Assembly (NCBI GenBank): GCA_001724265.1
Contig: MEDY01000190.1
Span: forward strand, 1 to 54,937
DNA: 54,937 nt
Direction: 5' to 3'
Origin: Rhizaria sp. SCN 62-66
Taxonomy: Eukaryota
Positions 13,392-24,498 of this stretch are shown here, piece by piece. The notes under the pieces are model-generated. The model had not been told where the DNA came from, ran no database searches, and was given only the letters and a program-made list of their open reading frames with translations. The translations under genes and the position numbers were made by a program. Position 1 is the first letter of the stretch; every line of letters starts with the position of its first letter.

Positions 13392-14260
13392 ATGGACGAC
13401 TACGACAGCACCCTTACGCTGGACCTGGACGAGTTGCTCATCGAGAAGGAGATTCTCGAGAGCGGCGAGCACGTTTTCAACGCCGCCGAATGGCTCAGTC
13501 TCGTCGACAAGTTCATCCTGCTCGGCGAGGAGGAGGCCGACGACGAGGTCCTCACGCCCGCCATCGACATGTGCAACTGTACGTCTTACACCATTTTACA
13601 TGATACTCCTTTCCAAACATGAGATAACTCACCTCTCCGTTATCCGCTCTCGTCATAAGTTCTCGCTGTCAACACACAACTGTCTCTCACTGAGCTTACC
13701 ATGATCGGCTTATCGCTCTCCTCGTGTCGTGTTTAGTCCTGATTGCCCGCGGCTCCCGCGAGGCGATGTCTTTCCTGCGCATCTCGCACTGCTACATGCT
13801 CACGGGCCGCTACTCCGCCTCGCGCAAGGCGCTGGCGTCGTGCTTCGCCTCTCCCTCGCTGGACCCGGCGACGCGCGCGGCCGCCGAGGCGCTGGGTGCG
13901 CGGATCACGGCAAAGGTCGGCCACGACGGCAAGGTCGGGCTCATCGCTATTGCTGGCGTTGTCGTCGGCGCAGTGCTCTACTGGCTCAACAGGCGCAAGA
14001 AGCAGCGCGCCGCTGCGCTCGCCGCGACTGGCGCTCTCACCGACGCGATGGCCGCTGGCGACAATGAGGCTGATATCGCGGCTGCGGCGGAGGCTGTGGA
14101 CAACGCCGTCGCTGCTGATGCTGTCGATGCGAGCGCTGCCGCCGCCGCTGCTGCTGCTGCTGCTGCTGCTGCTGTGGCAGCCCCGCGGGAGACTGTGTTG
14201 CTGTCCGACAGCAGCGCGAATACCATCACTCTGACTGGCGGCAAGGCCAGTGGCTATTAA
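13392..14260 (+). CDS. Fis1-like TPR/transmembrane protein (mitochondrial/peroxisomal fission adaptor-like); exons 13392-13578, 13737-14260 (~236 aa)
   Basis: The intron GTACGT..TTTAG joins in frame. SREAMSFLRISHCYMLTGRYSASRKALASCF...AEALGARITAKVGHDGKVGLIAIAGVVVGAVLYWLNRRKK follows the Fis1 C-terminal TPR, K-x-x-x-DG-x-x-G, TM, basic pattern. Ends in TAA. Confidence 0.6.
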
Positions 14261-15134
14261 GCTGTATGCAGCTTACATAGACTCGGGCTTGGGATGAGAC
14301 CACACCCATAGTGCACTTATGATGTCATAAATAACGGCCAGGCATCTGCAATGAAGACCGTATACTGTGCTATTTGGACTGGCGCTCTATACTGTTGACA
14401 TGTTTCCTAGACCGATGATCTGACAAAGCTGGTGTTGAGAGACCGTGTAAGCTTAACATCAAGAAGAACAACGGCAGCATAGACACGGTGCTGCACGTGT
14501 TTCTACGGTGTCTGCTGATGATGTATCTTTTGTTGTGCTATTAACATGCACAGTAAAGTACAATATTACACTTCTGTCACGATTTGCTAAAGCTCGGTCT
14601 CGTCCTGTCTTATACTCCACGATACTTATAATAACTAGTCACCACAAAACAATCAACACAAACAAAAAGCCTGCTGTTTTTATTTTTTGCCCATTTATAT
14701 TGTTATTATCGCTATTTATACGCACTGATATTGGAACCCAACACGGAAAACAAGCACTCCCACGTGTTGTGTGTGCTTTCTCTCGACTGTCCTGATAGCA
14801 ACAATACATAAACCTTACAATAGTCACTCGCATAATATAGGTATCTAGCTTCGTTTGTCGTACTCACAATCACATGGTTTCTTTTTTTATCCATCATACT
14901 ACTCGGTCATGTTTCGTACCATGTACACGCAGTCTTCCTTGTCATAGTACGTGGCAAAGTTGACACATCACATGTAGCCATATATGTTCAAGGATGAACG
15001 CATGTGCCGATATTGCCAAAATTCATGTCGTACACAACAAAAGAAAACAATTCACGATGTTTTGTGGTCAGATCGGCAAGTTCTGGCAACTACGGTGACC
15101 GTGAGCAGTGGTATCAGTTCGTAGCCACAGCTGC

Positions 15135-17073
15135 TCAAGTGAAGCGCGACGACAACCCCGCCCGGGCGCTGACGACAGCGCCCTGCTCGCCGCCGTCATC
15201 ACCAAGCCCCTGCTCGACGCTGCGCGCCTGGTAGCTCACCGCGCCCGTGCGCCCCTGCAGCCCCATGGTGCGGGAGCCAGAGGCGAAGAGCTGTTCACGG
15301 TCAAATTCAAACGCCGCCGCGGGGATCGCGCGGTTCAGGCGCCCGTAAGACGCGCTGCGCGGTGAAAAAACAGTAAAAAACACATAGTACAGATTTTTTA
15401 AGTTAATATACATCAACATCGTTGAACGAAAACAAACAATTGAACAGAAGATGTGTCCACATGTCGATGCGCTTAAGATGAAATGATGACGTACCCTGCC
15501 ACTGTCGCAGCCGCGCCGGCAGCGGTGCTGCTGCAGCTGCCTGCCTGCTTCCGCTCCCACGCCTCAACCTTGGCGTCAAGCACCGCACGCACCGTCGCCA
15601 CAAAGCCCCCGTCGTTATGCGCATCGCCGCTGCCACCGCTGCTCGCGGCCACCTTGGGCAGCCCCTCCTCGAGGAGCGCGCGCGCCGCCAGCTCCGCACG
15701 CCTGGCCTCATCGAGCGCGGTGCGCGCGCGCCACAGCGCCTCGGCCGCGCGGCCCGCCGCAACCTTAGCCGCCTCCGCCGCCGCCTCCGCCGCCGCGCTG
15801 GCACTGGCGGCCGCTCCGGAGGACGAGGGAGCGACGCCGCCGTAGGCGGCGACGGCGGCCGCGCGCGCCGCCTTCTCCTGCGGCGTCAGCATCCAGTCCG
15901 CGTGCGCGTCCGCCGCAGCCGCCAGCGTCGCGCGTGACTTGTTAAACTGCCGAGGCGCCTGCAGCGACAGGTCGGCCTCGGCGCGCGCGCCATTGGGCGT
16001 CAGCAACGCGCTGCCGCCACCGGGACGGCCGCCGAAGACGCCGTCGAGCGCCTGGGGAAGACATCGGGACAAACAAAATGAAGAGGTAGTTCGATATGAG
16101 ATAAAAATCTGAAGAAGAAACAAACTCCTAATATTTACGGCAAGAAACAAGTCATTGAAGATGATGTTGTTGTTTTTTAGTGATACATTGTTGAACGTAC
16201 TGTCGGGATGTCTGTCATCCAGGCGCTGCGGGCCGCTGGGCCAGCGGCAGCAGCCTCGGCAGCTTCCTTGGCGGCCTCTGCTGCTAGCTTCGCGGCGAAT
16301 TGCTCCTATACATCAACAATAAAGTTAAATCAAAGCCAGATGAAATCAGACATGTTGGGGTTCAGAGAAAAACTCAGTCTTATAGATAGGACGTCGCAAT
16401 ACACCATTCAAGTTGCTGCACTCTGCCTACTGCAGCCTTCACGGCGCACGACACGTACCTCACGCCGCTTGTCCTGCAGCTTCTCCAACCGCTCCCTCTG
16501 CTCGTCGGTCATGTCCTCCGCCCTGCGCGGCCCCATGTCATCGTCATCGTCGTCGCTGCTGTCTTCGCCGCCGGTCGCTGCGCCCTCCCCGGGTGCCCGG
16601 GTCGTCGCCTCGGCCGCCGCCGCGGTGACGCCCACGGTTGCCGCGACCGTGGCCATGAGCGCGGCCGCCGCCTGCAGCCAGGCCCCGCGCGCGCGGACCC
16701 AGCTCTCAGCCGCCGCGCCCGCCGCCTCCGCCGCGCCCGCCCCGACACCAGTCACCGCTGCATTGCCGCCTGGAGCTGCACTCGCATTGCCTGTAGCTGT
16801 GCTTGAATTCGCCATGGTGGCAGCGATTGAAGCGCGGACCACGGGCTTCAGCGCCGGCGTAAAGCTCGACTTGGCCAGCGCACCGGCCGACTCCCTTACA
16901 GCCACACCGCCCTCGACGACGGCGGAGACAACGGGTCGGAGTTGGGCCAGTAGCAGTGCCTGCTCCAGCGCCGCGCGCACGTCTCGGTCGGGTACGCCGC
17001 CCACGTCGAGCGGCTCCTCCGCGCTCGCGCCGGCCGCGGCGGTTGCTAAGGCCTCCAGGTCAGCGGTGCCGGC

Positions 17074-17104
<31 letters not shown>

Positions 17105-18405
17105 GCGCCCCGCGCGGCGGCCGCGGCGGCCGCCACCTCGGGCTCCGGTGGCGGCGCGGGCAGCGCGGCGGGCACCACAACGGGCGCGGGCTTCTTCCCT
17201 GTCCCCGTGGTCGCGGTAGCGGTAGCGGTCGCGGCGGCGGCGGCGGCAGCAGCGGCCACGGCGACGGTGGCGGTGACCGCCGCGGCAGCAGCGTCGGACA
17301 GCCAGCCGTGGGTCGCAATCAGCGGGCCCCACACGGGACCTGCGCCAGCGCCAGCGCCGGCACCAACACTCTCGGCGCTAGGGCCCGCGTCAGCCTCTGC
17401 GGCTGCTGTTGCGGCCGCTGCTGCGGCGGCAGCCGCTGCTCCAGAAGGCCCGGCGGCCGCTGCGGCCGCGTCCGCCGCGGCCGCGGCCGCGTGGCGGGCT
17501 AGCGCTGCCCACAGCATCTCGGCGGCGGCCTTCTCGGCGGCCGAAGGCGGGTGCGGCGGAAGCGAGGGCAGCGAGGTCGCGGGCACGAGCGGGGGCGGGA
17601 CCGCGTCTAAGGGCCCTTTAGAGTCGGCGGGGCCCTTAGAGGACGGATCGGTGGCGGAGGGGTAGTGGTAAGGGAAGAGTGACTGGCGGAGCTCGGCGTC
17701 GGTAAGTAAGGCCGCGTACTTATAAGCAGCCACGTCAGCGGGGTACTTAGCAGCAGAGGCAGAGTCAACGCTTGCACTTGCAGTGATTGATGCTGTCGCC
17801 GAGGCAGCGGACGGCTTGCCGCTTTGCTCACGCTCACGGCCACGGTCACTGCGGTCACGGTCCTCGTGCTTGTCCTTCTTGTCTTTGTGGTCCTTCTTGT
17901 CCTTCTTGTCGCGTTTGTCGTGTTTGTCTTTCTTGTCATGCTTACTGCTGCTGTCTCGGTCTCGGTCACGGTCGCGGCTACGGCTCCGGTCTCGGCGACT
18001 GCGGCTCCTGTCGCGGCCACGGTCGCGGTCACGACTGCGGCTGGAGTCGGAGCTGCTGCTCGACCGGCTCGAGCTGCGGCTGCGGCGGCTGCTGCGGTGG
18101 CCGCGGCGGTCACCACGGTCGCGCTCACGGTCACGGTCATAACCACGATCCTTGCGATCGCGGCTGCGGTCACGGTCGCGGTCGCTGCGGTCCCGACTGC
18201 GGTCCCGACTGCGGCTGCGACGGCCGCGGTCACGATCACGGTCTTTCCGGTCCCGGTCCCGACTACGGTCACGGCTACGGTCACGGCTGCGGCTGCGGGA
18301 GCGGCGGCGCTCGCTGCGGACGGTGTCGCGACCGCGGGAGCTCAAGCTCGACGACTTGTCCGCGGCCATGCTAGCGTCGGCGGACGACGTTGGAGCCGAC
18401 GACAT
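15135..18405 (-). CDS. RS/RD-domain protein with a GPALPP1/DUF3752-like C-terminal region; exons 18405-16459, 16305-16201, 16051-15495, 15354-15135 (~942 aa)
   Basis: Three GTACGT..YAG introns join the ORF-track pieces and a 105-nt exon in frame. N-terminal RSRSRDRSRDR and KKDKH repeats. C-terminal motifs RSAWMTDIP, DWMLTPQEK, FEFDREQ and AGLSSRF are typical of DUF3752. Ends in TGA. Confidence 0.72.
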
Positions 18406-18892
18406 TGCCGCCTCTGAGCAAGGGTGGACGGTGGGAAGTGCAACGGGTGGCAAGGTGAGAGGGGCGAAGAGAGAATAGGTAAAGCTAGCGTATACATGTG
18501 CCTGTCATGGTAGCATTTTAGATTTATTGCAAACATGTGCGACTATTCATTAGTAGGTCTTCAAATTCTGCACTGACGGTTGTGGTGTGCGAGGAATATG
18601 GTGTCCCGATCGAGCTCTAGATTCGCCCAGGCCATCCAGAAACTTGTCTCGTCACCTTTGTATCATGTCTTGCTCGCCGCGACTGAACTGAATTCAAACA
18701 TAAGCGACACGAATGAACAAATCAAGTTTTCACCCATTAAACTCCATTGTTTTAGTTTGTTTATCTATACCTCCAGTAGTGGTATCTTCACTAATAGTCC
18801 CCACCCAGAAAGTTGCCAAGCCCCCCACTCGCCCGCTTGCCCCGGCCTCTCGCCCCGCCCCACATAGCGGCCCCACGCTCTGCCCGTCCGCC

Positions 18893-21800
18893 ATGCAGCC
18901 TGTGCCCGTGCCCGCCGTTGCAGCGCCGGCTCCATTACGCGTGAAATCGTCGCAGACAACGTGGTCGCCGTCGTCGACGCCCGAGCCGACGCCCACTGCT
19001 GCGGAAACAGCCAGCGCTGCTGCTCCTGCTTCTAATCTCGCTCCCACCTCTGCAGCTGAGACGGTGACTGTTAGTGCGAGCGCCCCGGTGACTGAGTCCG
19101 CGTCCAGCGCGGCTGCAAAGGCGATCGCCGCCATCCCTATGCTCCAGCTCTTCAGCAACAGCAACAGCAACAGCAACTCTCGCCTTAGCACGAGCACGAG
19201 CTCAAATGCCGTGGCGGCGTCAGTGTCGCGGCTCAGGCCGCTGTCCCCGACTCGCCTCATCAGTTGCAACACTTCACTGAGCTCAAATGCAGCGAGCTCA
19301 AACGCGGCGAGCTCTAGCTCTAGCTCTGGTGCGAGTATGGGCTCTAAGGTGCCTGTGCTGCGCTCCCGGTCGCCGCCGACCGCCCCCAACCGCGCCTCCA
19401 CGACAACTCCAGCAACAGCATCAGCAGCAGCAGCAGCCCCAACTAATGCGACTGTGAGCGGGGGCCAGTCGCAGCAAGGCCCCTTTGCGTCGCCGTTCCG
19501 CCACGCCGTCTCCGCGAGCTCGGGCGTGAGCGCCGCCGACCCGGCTGTGGACGCGGTTGTGGACGCCCGCACGGCTTCCGTCATAGGCGCCGGGGTCATC
19601 AGCGCCACTAGCGCCGGCGCCCGCGCCATCCAAACCCCCGCCACCGCGGGCGCACACGCTGCGGGCTCGAATGCGGGTCCCAGTGCGCACGGTACTGTCG
19701 GCTCGCCCCTTCGCGGCCGCGCCCGCGCCCCCGTGTCGGCGGCCGCGGCCGTTGCGGCGGGCGGCGGACTCAGTCGCGCCGCGGGCGTGTTCGGCCCCGT
19801 CACGCCGGTGAAGGTCTTTGCGTCGCCGTCGGGCGGCCACGCGATTTCAGCTGCGAGCGCGAGCGCGAGTGGCAGTGTGAGGCGCGCTCTATCCCCGTCA
19901 GCGTCGGTGTCTGCACTGCGGAGGCCGAGCTCTTCCACGAGGTCCTCTCTCGGCGCATCTGGAACAGCAACAGGGGCAGCAGCTGCGAGGACGCCGTCTA
20001 AGGGGCCAGTGGGCGCCAGCAATCTAAGTACCCCGCAGAGGGCGCCGCGCCCGCAGTCACCTCTACGGGCCACGCCCGGTAGCGCACAGCCACAGTCGCC
20101 CATGCGCGCACAGTCGCCGCCGCCGCGGTTGCAGACGCTGCGCACGAGCACGAGCACACTGACCACGGCAACCTCAGCTGCCAGCGGCGGCGCTGCGGGC
20201 GGCAGCAAAGCCAGGGGCCTGTCGCAGTCGCGCTCGCACGCACAGCTGGCACAGAGCCCCGCCTCCGCCTCTGCCGCCGCCGCTGGTGCTGCTGCTGGCT
20301 CGCAGTTGTTGCGGGCCAAGTCGCCCGGCGCCGCCGCCGCAGCGCGCAACAGCATGAGTATGCGCACGAGTCTCTCTTCTTCATCACTCACATCGCCGCA
20401 CGATGTGCGCGCAACCTCGAACGCTCACGCCAGCCCTAGCTCCAGCACTGCCGCCGGCCCCGCTGCTGCTGCTGCTGCAAGCAGGCGTGCATCCCTCGCG
20501 ACCCCGGCCAGGCGCCCCAGCACCGCTGCCGGTTCGAGAAGCCCTGCTGCTGGCACTGGCGCTGGCGCTGGCAGTCGGCCGCCGAGTCTGCGCATGTCTC
20601 TGTCGTCGACGGCGTTCGCGCCGGCCAGTAGCAGCGGCGGCAGCCACACGGGCGCCCACTCGAGCGCGAACCCGGACCCGAGCTGTAGCCACCCTGTGCC
20701 TGCGGCCTCGGGCGGGAGGCGCGGTGTCAGTACGACCAGCACGCATGTAAGCGGGAATCTAAGTGGCAGCACGCGGTGCACGCTGCCGCGCCCGCAGTCC
20801 CCGCTGCGTTCACAGTCACCCTCTGCGGCGGCCGTGCGCTCTCAGTCTCCGAAACCGGCTGGGGCGGCATCTTTGCGCGCACAGTCGCCGTCGCAGCGCC
20901 CCTCGGCCCAGTCGCAAACTCTGCGCGCGCAGTCGCCCCTGCGGTCTACACAGCAGGCGCTGCGCTCGCAGTCGCCCAAACCGAAGCCTGCATCGACCGC
21001 AGCAGCGACGGCGACGACGACGTCGACGGCGGGCAGGAGTTTTGGCGGCGGCAACAGGCCTCTGTCCCCCACTGCCCGCCCCGGCCCACCGGCGACTCGC
21101 ACCGGTCCGACTGCAGCCCGCCCTGCCTCCGCCGCGACGAGGCCGCTGTCCCCGGGCGCCCGGCCCCTTTCCCCCGCCGCGCGCCCCCCCACTGGCTCTG
21201 GCGCTTATGCGAGCAACGCGACTGCCAAGGCCGGTGCGGCGACGGACGCCAGCGCGTTCCACCACGTGCGCACGCCGAGCCTGGGCTCCAGCGCGGGCAC
21301 GCCGCCCAACATCCCCTGGTCGCACCCGGCAGTGCCCCCCGTGTGCCTCGACCTGGCGCTCGCCAAGCAGGAGGCGTACCTCGCGCCGCGGCCCGCGCCC
21401 GCGCCCAACGCCGCCGCGGCGAACAACAACAACAACAACAACAGCGGGGGCCATGCGAGTAGCAGCAACATTGGCAGTGTGAAGGTCAGCCGCGCCGCCG
21501 CTGCGAGCCCGGGCGTCGGCAGCGCTGGCACTGGCAGTGGCACCGCCGGCGGCGCGACCAACAGCGGCAAAACCGCGGTGACGACTGCCAAGACCGATGC
21601 CGCCGCGGGCGCTGGCGCAACAGCGAGTGTGTTGAGTGGTCAGACGAGCGTGAAAAACACGCCGCACAACGACGGAGACTGCGAGCTCGACCGTGATTGT
21701 GGCGGTGACGGCGAGACTGAGGGCGGCTGTGGGATCGGCCCCCGCGCTCACAGTCACCTCGCCCACGGTGACCTCGCCCACGGTCACTTGGCCCACGGTC

Positions 21801-23590
21801 ACAGCCGGTCGCGCAGCCACGCGAGCGCGCTGGTGCTGACCGGGCCTGCGCTGCGGCTCGACCTGGACAACAAGCGGTCGCCGTGGGCAGTCAGCAACGC
21901 GGCTGTGAACGCGAGCGCCAACCTGAACGCGAGCACGAGGACGAGCGCGGCCAGCAAGAGCAACAGCAACAGCGGCGGCGACGGCGACGCTGGCGTTGAT
22001 GCAACCAACGCGGTCGCTGCTGTGGATGCTGGTGCTGCTGAGTGTAATGGCGGTGATTTTGATCACGCCCACGACGACGAGGCTGCGGCCGAGGCCGAGG
22101 CTGCTGCTGCGGCGGCGGCGCTGGCGGCCGAGGAGGAGGAGGAGGCGAGAAGCCTGCACCAAGCGATGCAGGAGGTCGACGACTACGGCATTCTGCCTTC
22201 CGAAGAGGACGACGACGACGATCATGTCAACGCACATAGTAATGCCGCTGATGTCGACAACAACAACAAAAACGCCGTCACGAACGACAACGATGGCAAT
22301 GTTGGCACGCCTGGCGTCATTGGCGGCAGAGTCGCCGGCGACGTCGACGGCGACCTGGAGCCCCCCGAGAGCCCGATCTTCGTGCCCGCGACCGCGGCCG
22401 CGACGCCGCGACGCACCGCGCGCGGGCTGCCGACGGCGCTCTCGCTGTCGCAGTCGCCGCTTTCGTTGTCGCCGCCGTCAGCGCTGCTGCCGCTGGGGCC
22501 GCCGCACTTGCGCGCGCCGCTACAGACGCAGCCGGAGCAGGACGAAGACGAGGGACTCGAGCAAGCGCAACTGCCGCAGACTCAGTCTCAGACTGAGACT
22601 GCGACCGAAACCCAACCTGAGGCTCAAGGCCCTACTCAAAGCCAGAGTCAGAGCCAGAATCGCTTGCGGTCACCGGCAGCGCGGTCGCTTTCGCTCGCAG
22701 TGCCTAAGTCCCCGTCGGCCGCGTCCGCGGGCGGCTTAACTTTGAAGCAGAGCGGCACCGCGAAGGTGGGTCACGTCAGCGCCGAGCCTGTCGTCGACGT
22801 GAGCGACAACAAGAGCGCGTGCTCCTACGAGATCACTCCGATCATCGCCGACATCGCCCCGGGCGCGAACGCTGTCGACGCGGCGCCTGGTATGGCCGCG
22901 ACGCCAATGTACCCGTCGTTCTCGCAGTCTTTCGCCGGCGAGGACCTCACTCTCGGCATCATTGCGCTCAACAACGGCAACTACAGCTCCAGCGCCAGCG
23001 ATCCTAGCAGCACCAACAGTTCGCAGCTCAAGCCGCGATCGCTTTCGCAATCGCTGACGCACGGTCGCGTCACGGCTGCGTCCACCGCGAGAGCCTCGGC
23101 CGTCAACACGCGCACCGGCAACGACCCTGCAGCTGGCTCTGGCGTGTTTGTGTCCCAGCCTAGCTTTACTCTGACGCCCTCAATCACCTACCCCGCGACG
23201 CCTGACTCACAGGTCTCATTGCAGTCGCAGGGGCAGCAGGGGAGCTCGCGGTCGCCACTGGACAGCTTTCCTTCGTTCGGCGACGGCCAGCTGTCGATGC
23301 TGTACGTGCCCACGCCCACGGTCGGCGACTGGGCCGCGCCGCCGCCGCGGGCCGCTGCGAACAGCACCGGCAGCACCAACGCCAAGGATGCTGCAGTCGG
23401 CGACAGCGACTGCCAAATCAACAGCAAAGAGCCTGCGTCGAGTGCGTCGCCGGCCGATAAGGCGGGCGCTGGCGCGGGGCTGGTCGCGGTGGCGGAGGCC
23501 GACGCGGAGGATGAGGCCGCAGCAGAGGCTGCGGCTGCTGCTGCGGCTGTGCCGACGGCAAGCGCTGTCGCGGCGTCAACAGAGTGCTAA
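18893..23590 (+). CDS. Large Ser/Ala/Pro-rich intrinsically disordered protein with recurrent R-x-(Q/L)-S-P motifs (~1565 aa)
   Basis: Long ORF with coding-like GC-rich composition bounded by AT-rich spacers. Likely start ATG at 18893 (GCCATG). Basic N-terminal half and more acidic C-terminal half. No recognisable folded domain. Ends in TAA. Confidence 0.7.
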   Translation: MQPVPVPAVAAPAPLRVKSSQTTWSPSSTPEPTPTAAETASAAAPASNLAPTSAAETVTVSASAPVTESASSAAAKAIAAIPMLQLFSNSNSNSNSRLSTSTSSNAVAASVSRLRPLSPTRLISCNTSLSSNAASSNAASSSSSSGASMGSKVPVLRSRSPPTAPNRASTTTPATASAAAAAPTNATVSGGQSQQGPFASPFRHAVSASSGVSAADPAVDAVVDARTASVIGAGVISATSAGARAIQTPATAGAHAAGSNAGPSAHGTVGSPLRGRARAPVSAAAAVAAGGGLSRAAGVFGPVTPVKVFASPSGGHAISAASASASGSVRRALSPSASVSALRRPSSSTRSSLGASGTATGAAAARTPSKGPVGASNLSTPQRAPRPQSPLRATPGSAQPQSPMRAQSPPPRLQTLRTSTSTLTTATSAASGGAAGGSKARGLSQSRSHAQLAQSPASASAAAAGAAAGSQLLRAKSPGAAAAARNSMSMRTSLSSSSLTSPHDVRATSNAHASPSSSTAAGPAAAAAASRRASLATPARRPSTAAGSRSPAAGTGAGAGSRPPSLRMSLSSTAFAPASSSGGSHTGAHSSANPDPSCSHPVPAASGGRRGVSTTSTHVSGNLSGSTRCTLPRPQSPLRSQSPSAAAVRSQSPKPAGAASLRAQSPSQRPSAQSQTLRAQSPLRSTQQALRSQSPKPKPASTAAATATTTSTAGRSFGGGNRPLSPTARPGPPATRTGPTAARPASAATRPLSPGARPLSPAARPPTGSGAYASNATAKAGAATDASAFHHVRTPSLGSSAGTPPNIPWSHPAVPPVCLDLALAKQEAYLAPRPAPAPNAAAANNNNNNNSGGHASSSNIGSVKVSRAAAASPGVGSAGTGSGTAGGATNSGKTAVTTAKTDAAAGAGATASVLSGQTSVKNTPHNDGDCELDRDCGGDGETEGGCGIGPRAHSHLAHGDLAHGHLAHGHSRSRSHASALVLTGPALRLDLDNKRSPWAVSNAAVNASANLNASTRTSAASKSNSNSGGDGDAGVDATNAVAAVDAGAAECNGGDFDHAHDDEAAAEAEAAAAAAALAAEEEEEARSLHQAMQEVDDYGILPSEEDDDDDHVNAHSNAADVDNNNKNAVTNDNDGNVGTPGVIGGRVAGDVDGDLEPPESPIFVPATAAATPRRTARGLPTALSLSQSPLSLSPPSALLPLGPPHLRAPLQTQPEQDEDEGLEQAQLPQTQSQTETATETQPEAQGPTQSQSQSQNRLRSPAARSLSLAVPKSPSAASAGGLTLKQSGTAKVGHVSAEPVVDVSDNKSACSYEITPIIADIAPGANAVDAAPGMAATPMYPSFSQSFAGEDLTLGIIALNNGNYSSSASDPSSTNSSQLKPRSLSQSLTHGRVTAASTARASAVNTRTGNDPAAGSGVFVSQPSFTLTPSITYPATPDSQVSLQSQGQQGSSRSPLDSFPSFGDGQLSMLYVPTPTVGDWAAPPPRAAANSTGSTNAKDAAVGDSDCQINSKEPASSASPADKAGAGAGLVAVAEADAEDEAAAEAAAAAAAVPTASAVAASTEC

Positions 23591-24498
23591 AACACCACTC
23601 TCCAGCTCACTCAATATGCGATCTTTTTGTTTATATCATGCAGCAATGCACATGTACAGCTTGTATTCACGCATTTTTAGTAGTATCTAAATGAATAATT
23701 AGTCATATGTTCAATTTTTCATGTTTCTTGCTTTGATTTTGAATGTGATTTTGTCTCTTTCTGGTTGATGTTGTGTTGTTCACCTGTCGCATGTCTGCGG
23801 CGTGACTGATTTGTTGACAACCAAGCCAAACGCAGTAGACTTATTTTCCGCGCGTGCCACTGCTTATTCTCGTCTTTCCCTGTATATTTGTCATGGACGA
23901 GCATACTCTGCCTAGGCTTGCTTCCATGGTCACTGCTGTCTGTCATTGCAACTACCCTTTTGCAGCTGTGGAACGGAGCGGCAATACGACCCGAGTCGGT
24001 ATTTTCTTGTGTTTGCGACTCCACAAATGCACGAGATATCTTTTTAAGCTTATTGTCGATGCGCAGTTTCCTGTCTGCCGGAAAACGCTCGAGATGAACA
24101 ACACTCACAGCCTGAGTGTCACTAAGACACAAATGTGCAAATATATACACCGATCAAGTTCCTTTAAGTAAAAACACACACACAACTGTATAGATGCAAT
24201 TGTACGTAGTAAGCCGCTCAAAATGGTATGACTTATTGACGAAGGTGTTGTGTTTCTGTGGTTTTCGTCGTTGAAATCGCAAGTTGACGCACGAGCGCAA
24301 ACTCTCACTCAGCCAACGGATACATTTTGGCTGCGTTATGTTTCGTTGAATAATAGAATATTAATGGGTTATTTGGGGATATAATTAAGAAAATATACAT
24401 TTATCAAAGTCTTACATACTATATTGAAAGAATGCGGCATCTGACGATCAATTTCTGTCAATATCTTAACTTTAATCTCGGTTTTTTTGCACAGCTCA

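Noticed and set aside
17820-18340. Regular short repeats that could suggest a CRISPR array or satellite
   Set aside because: They are degenerate hexamers encoding RS/RD dipeptides in a eukaryotic CDS, with no repeat-spacer structure.
23600-24480. Small ORFs in AT-rich spacers (also 14300-15100 and 38900-40000)
   Set aside because: Composition is non-coding, with no codon bias or motifs. They are probably UTR or intergenic DNA. No transposon termini or transposase are seen.
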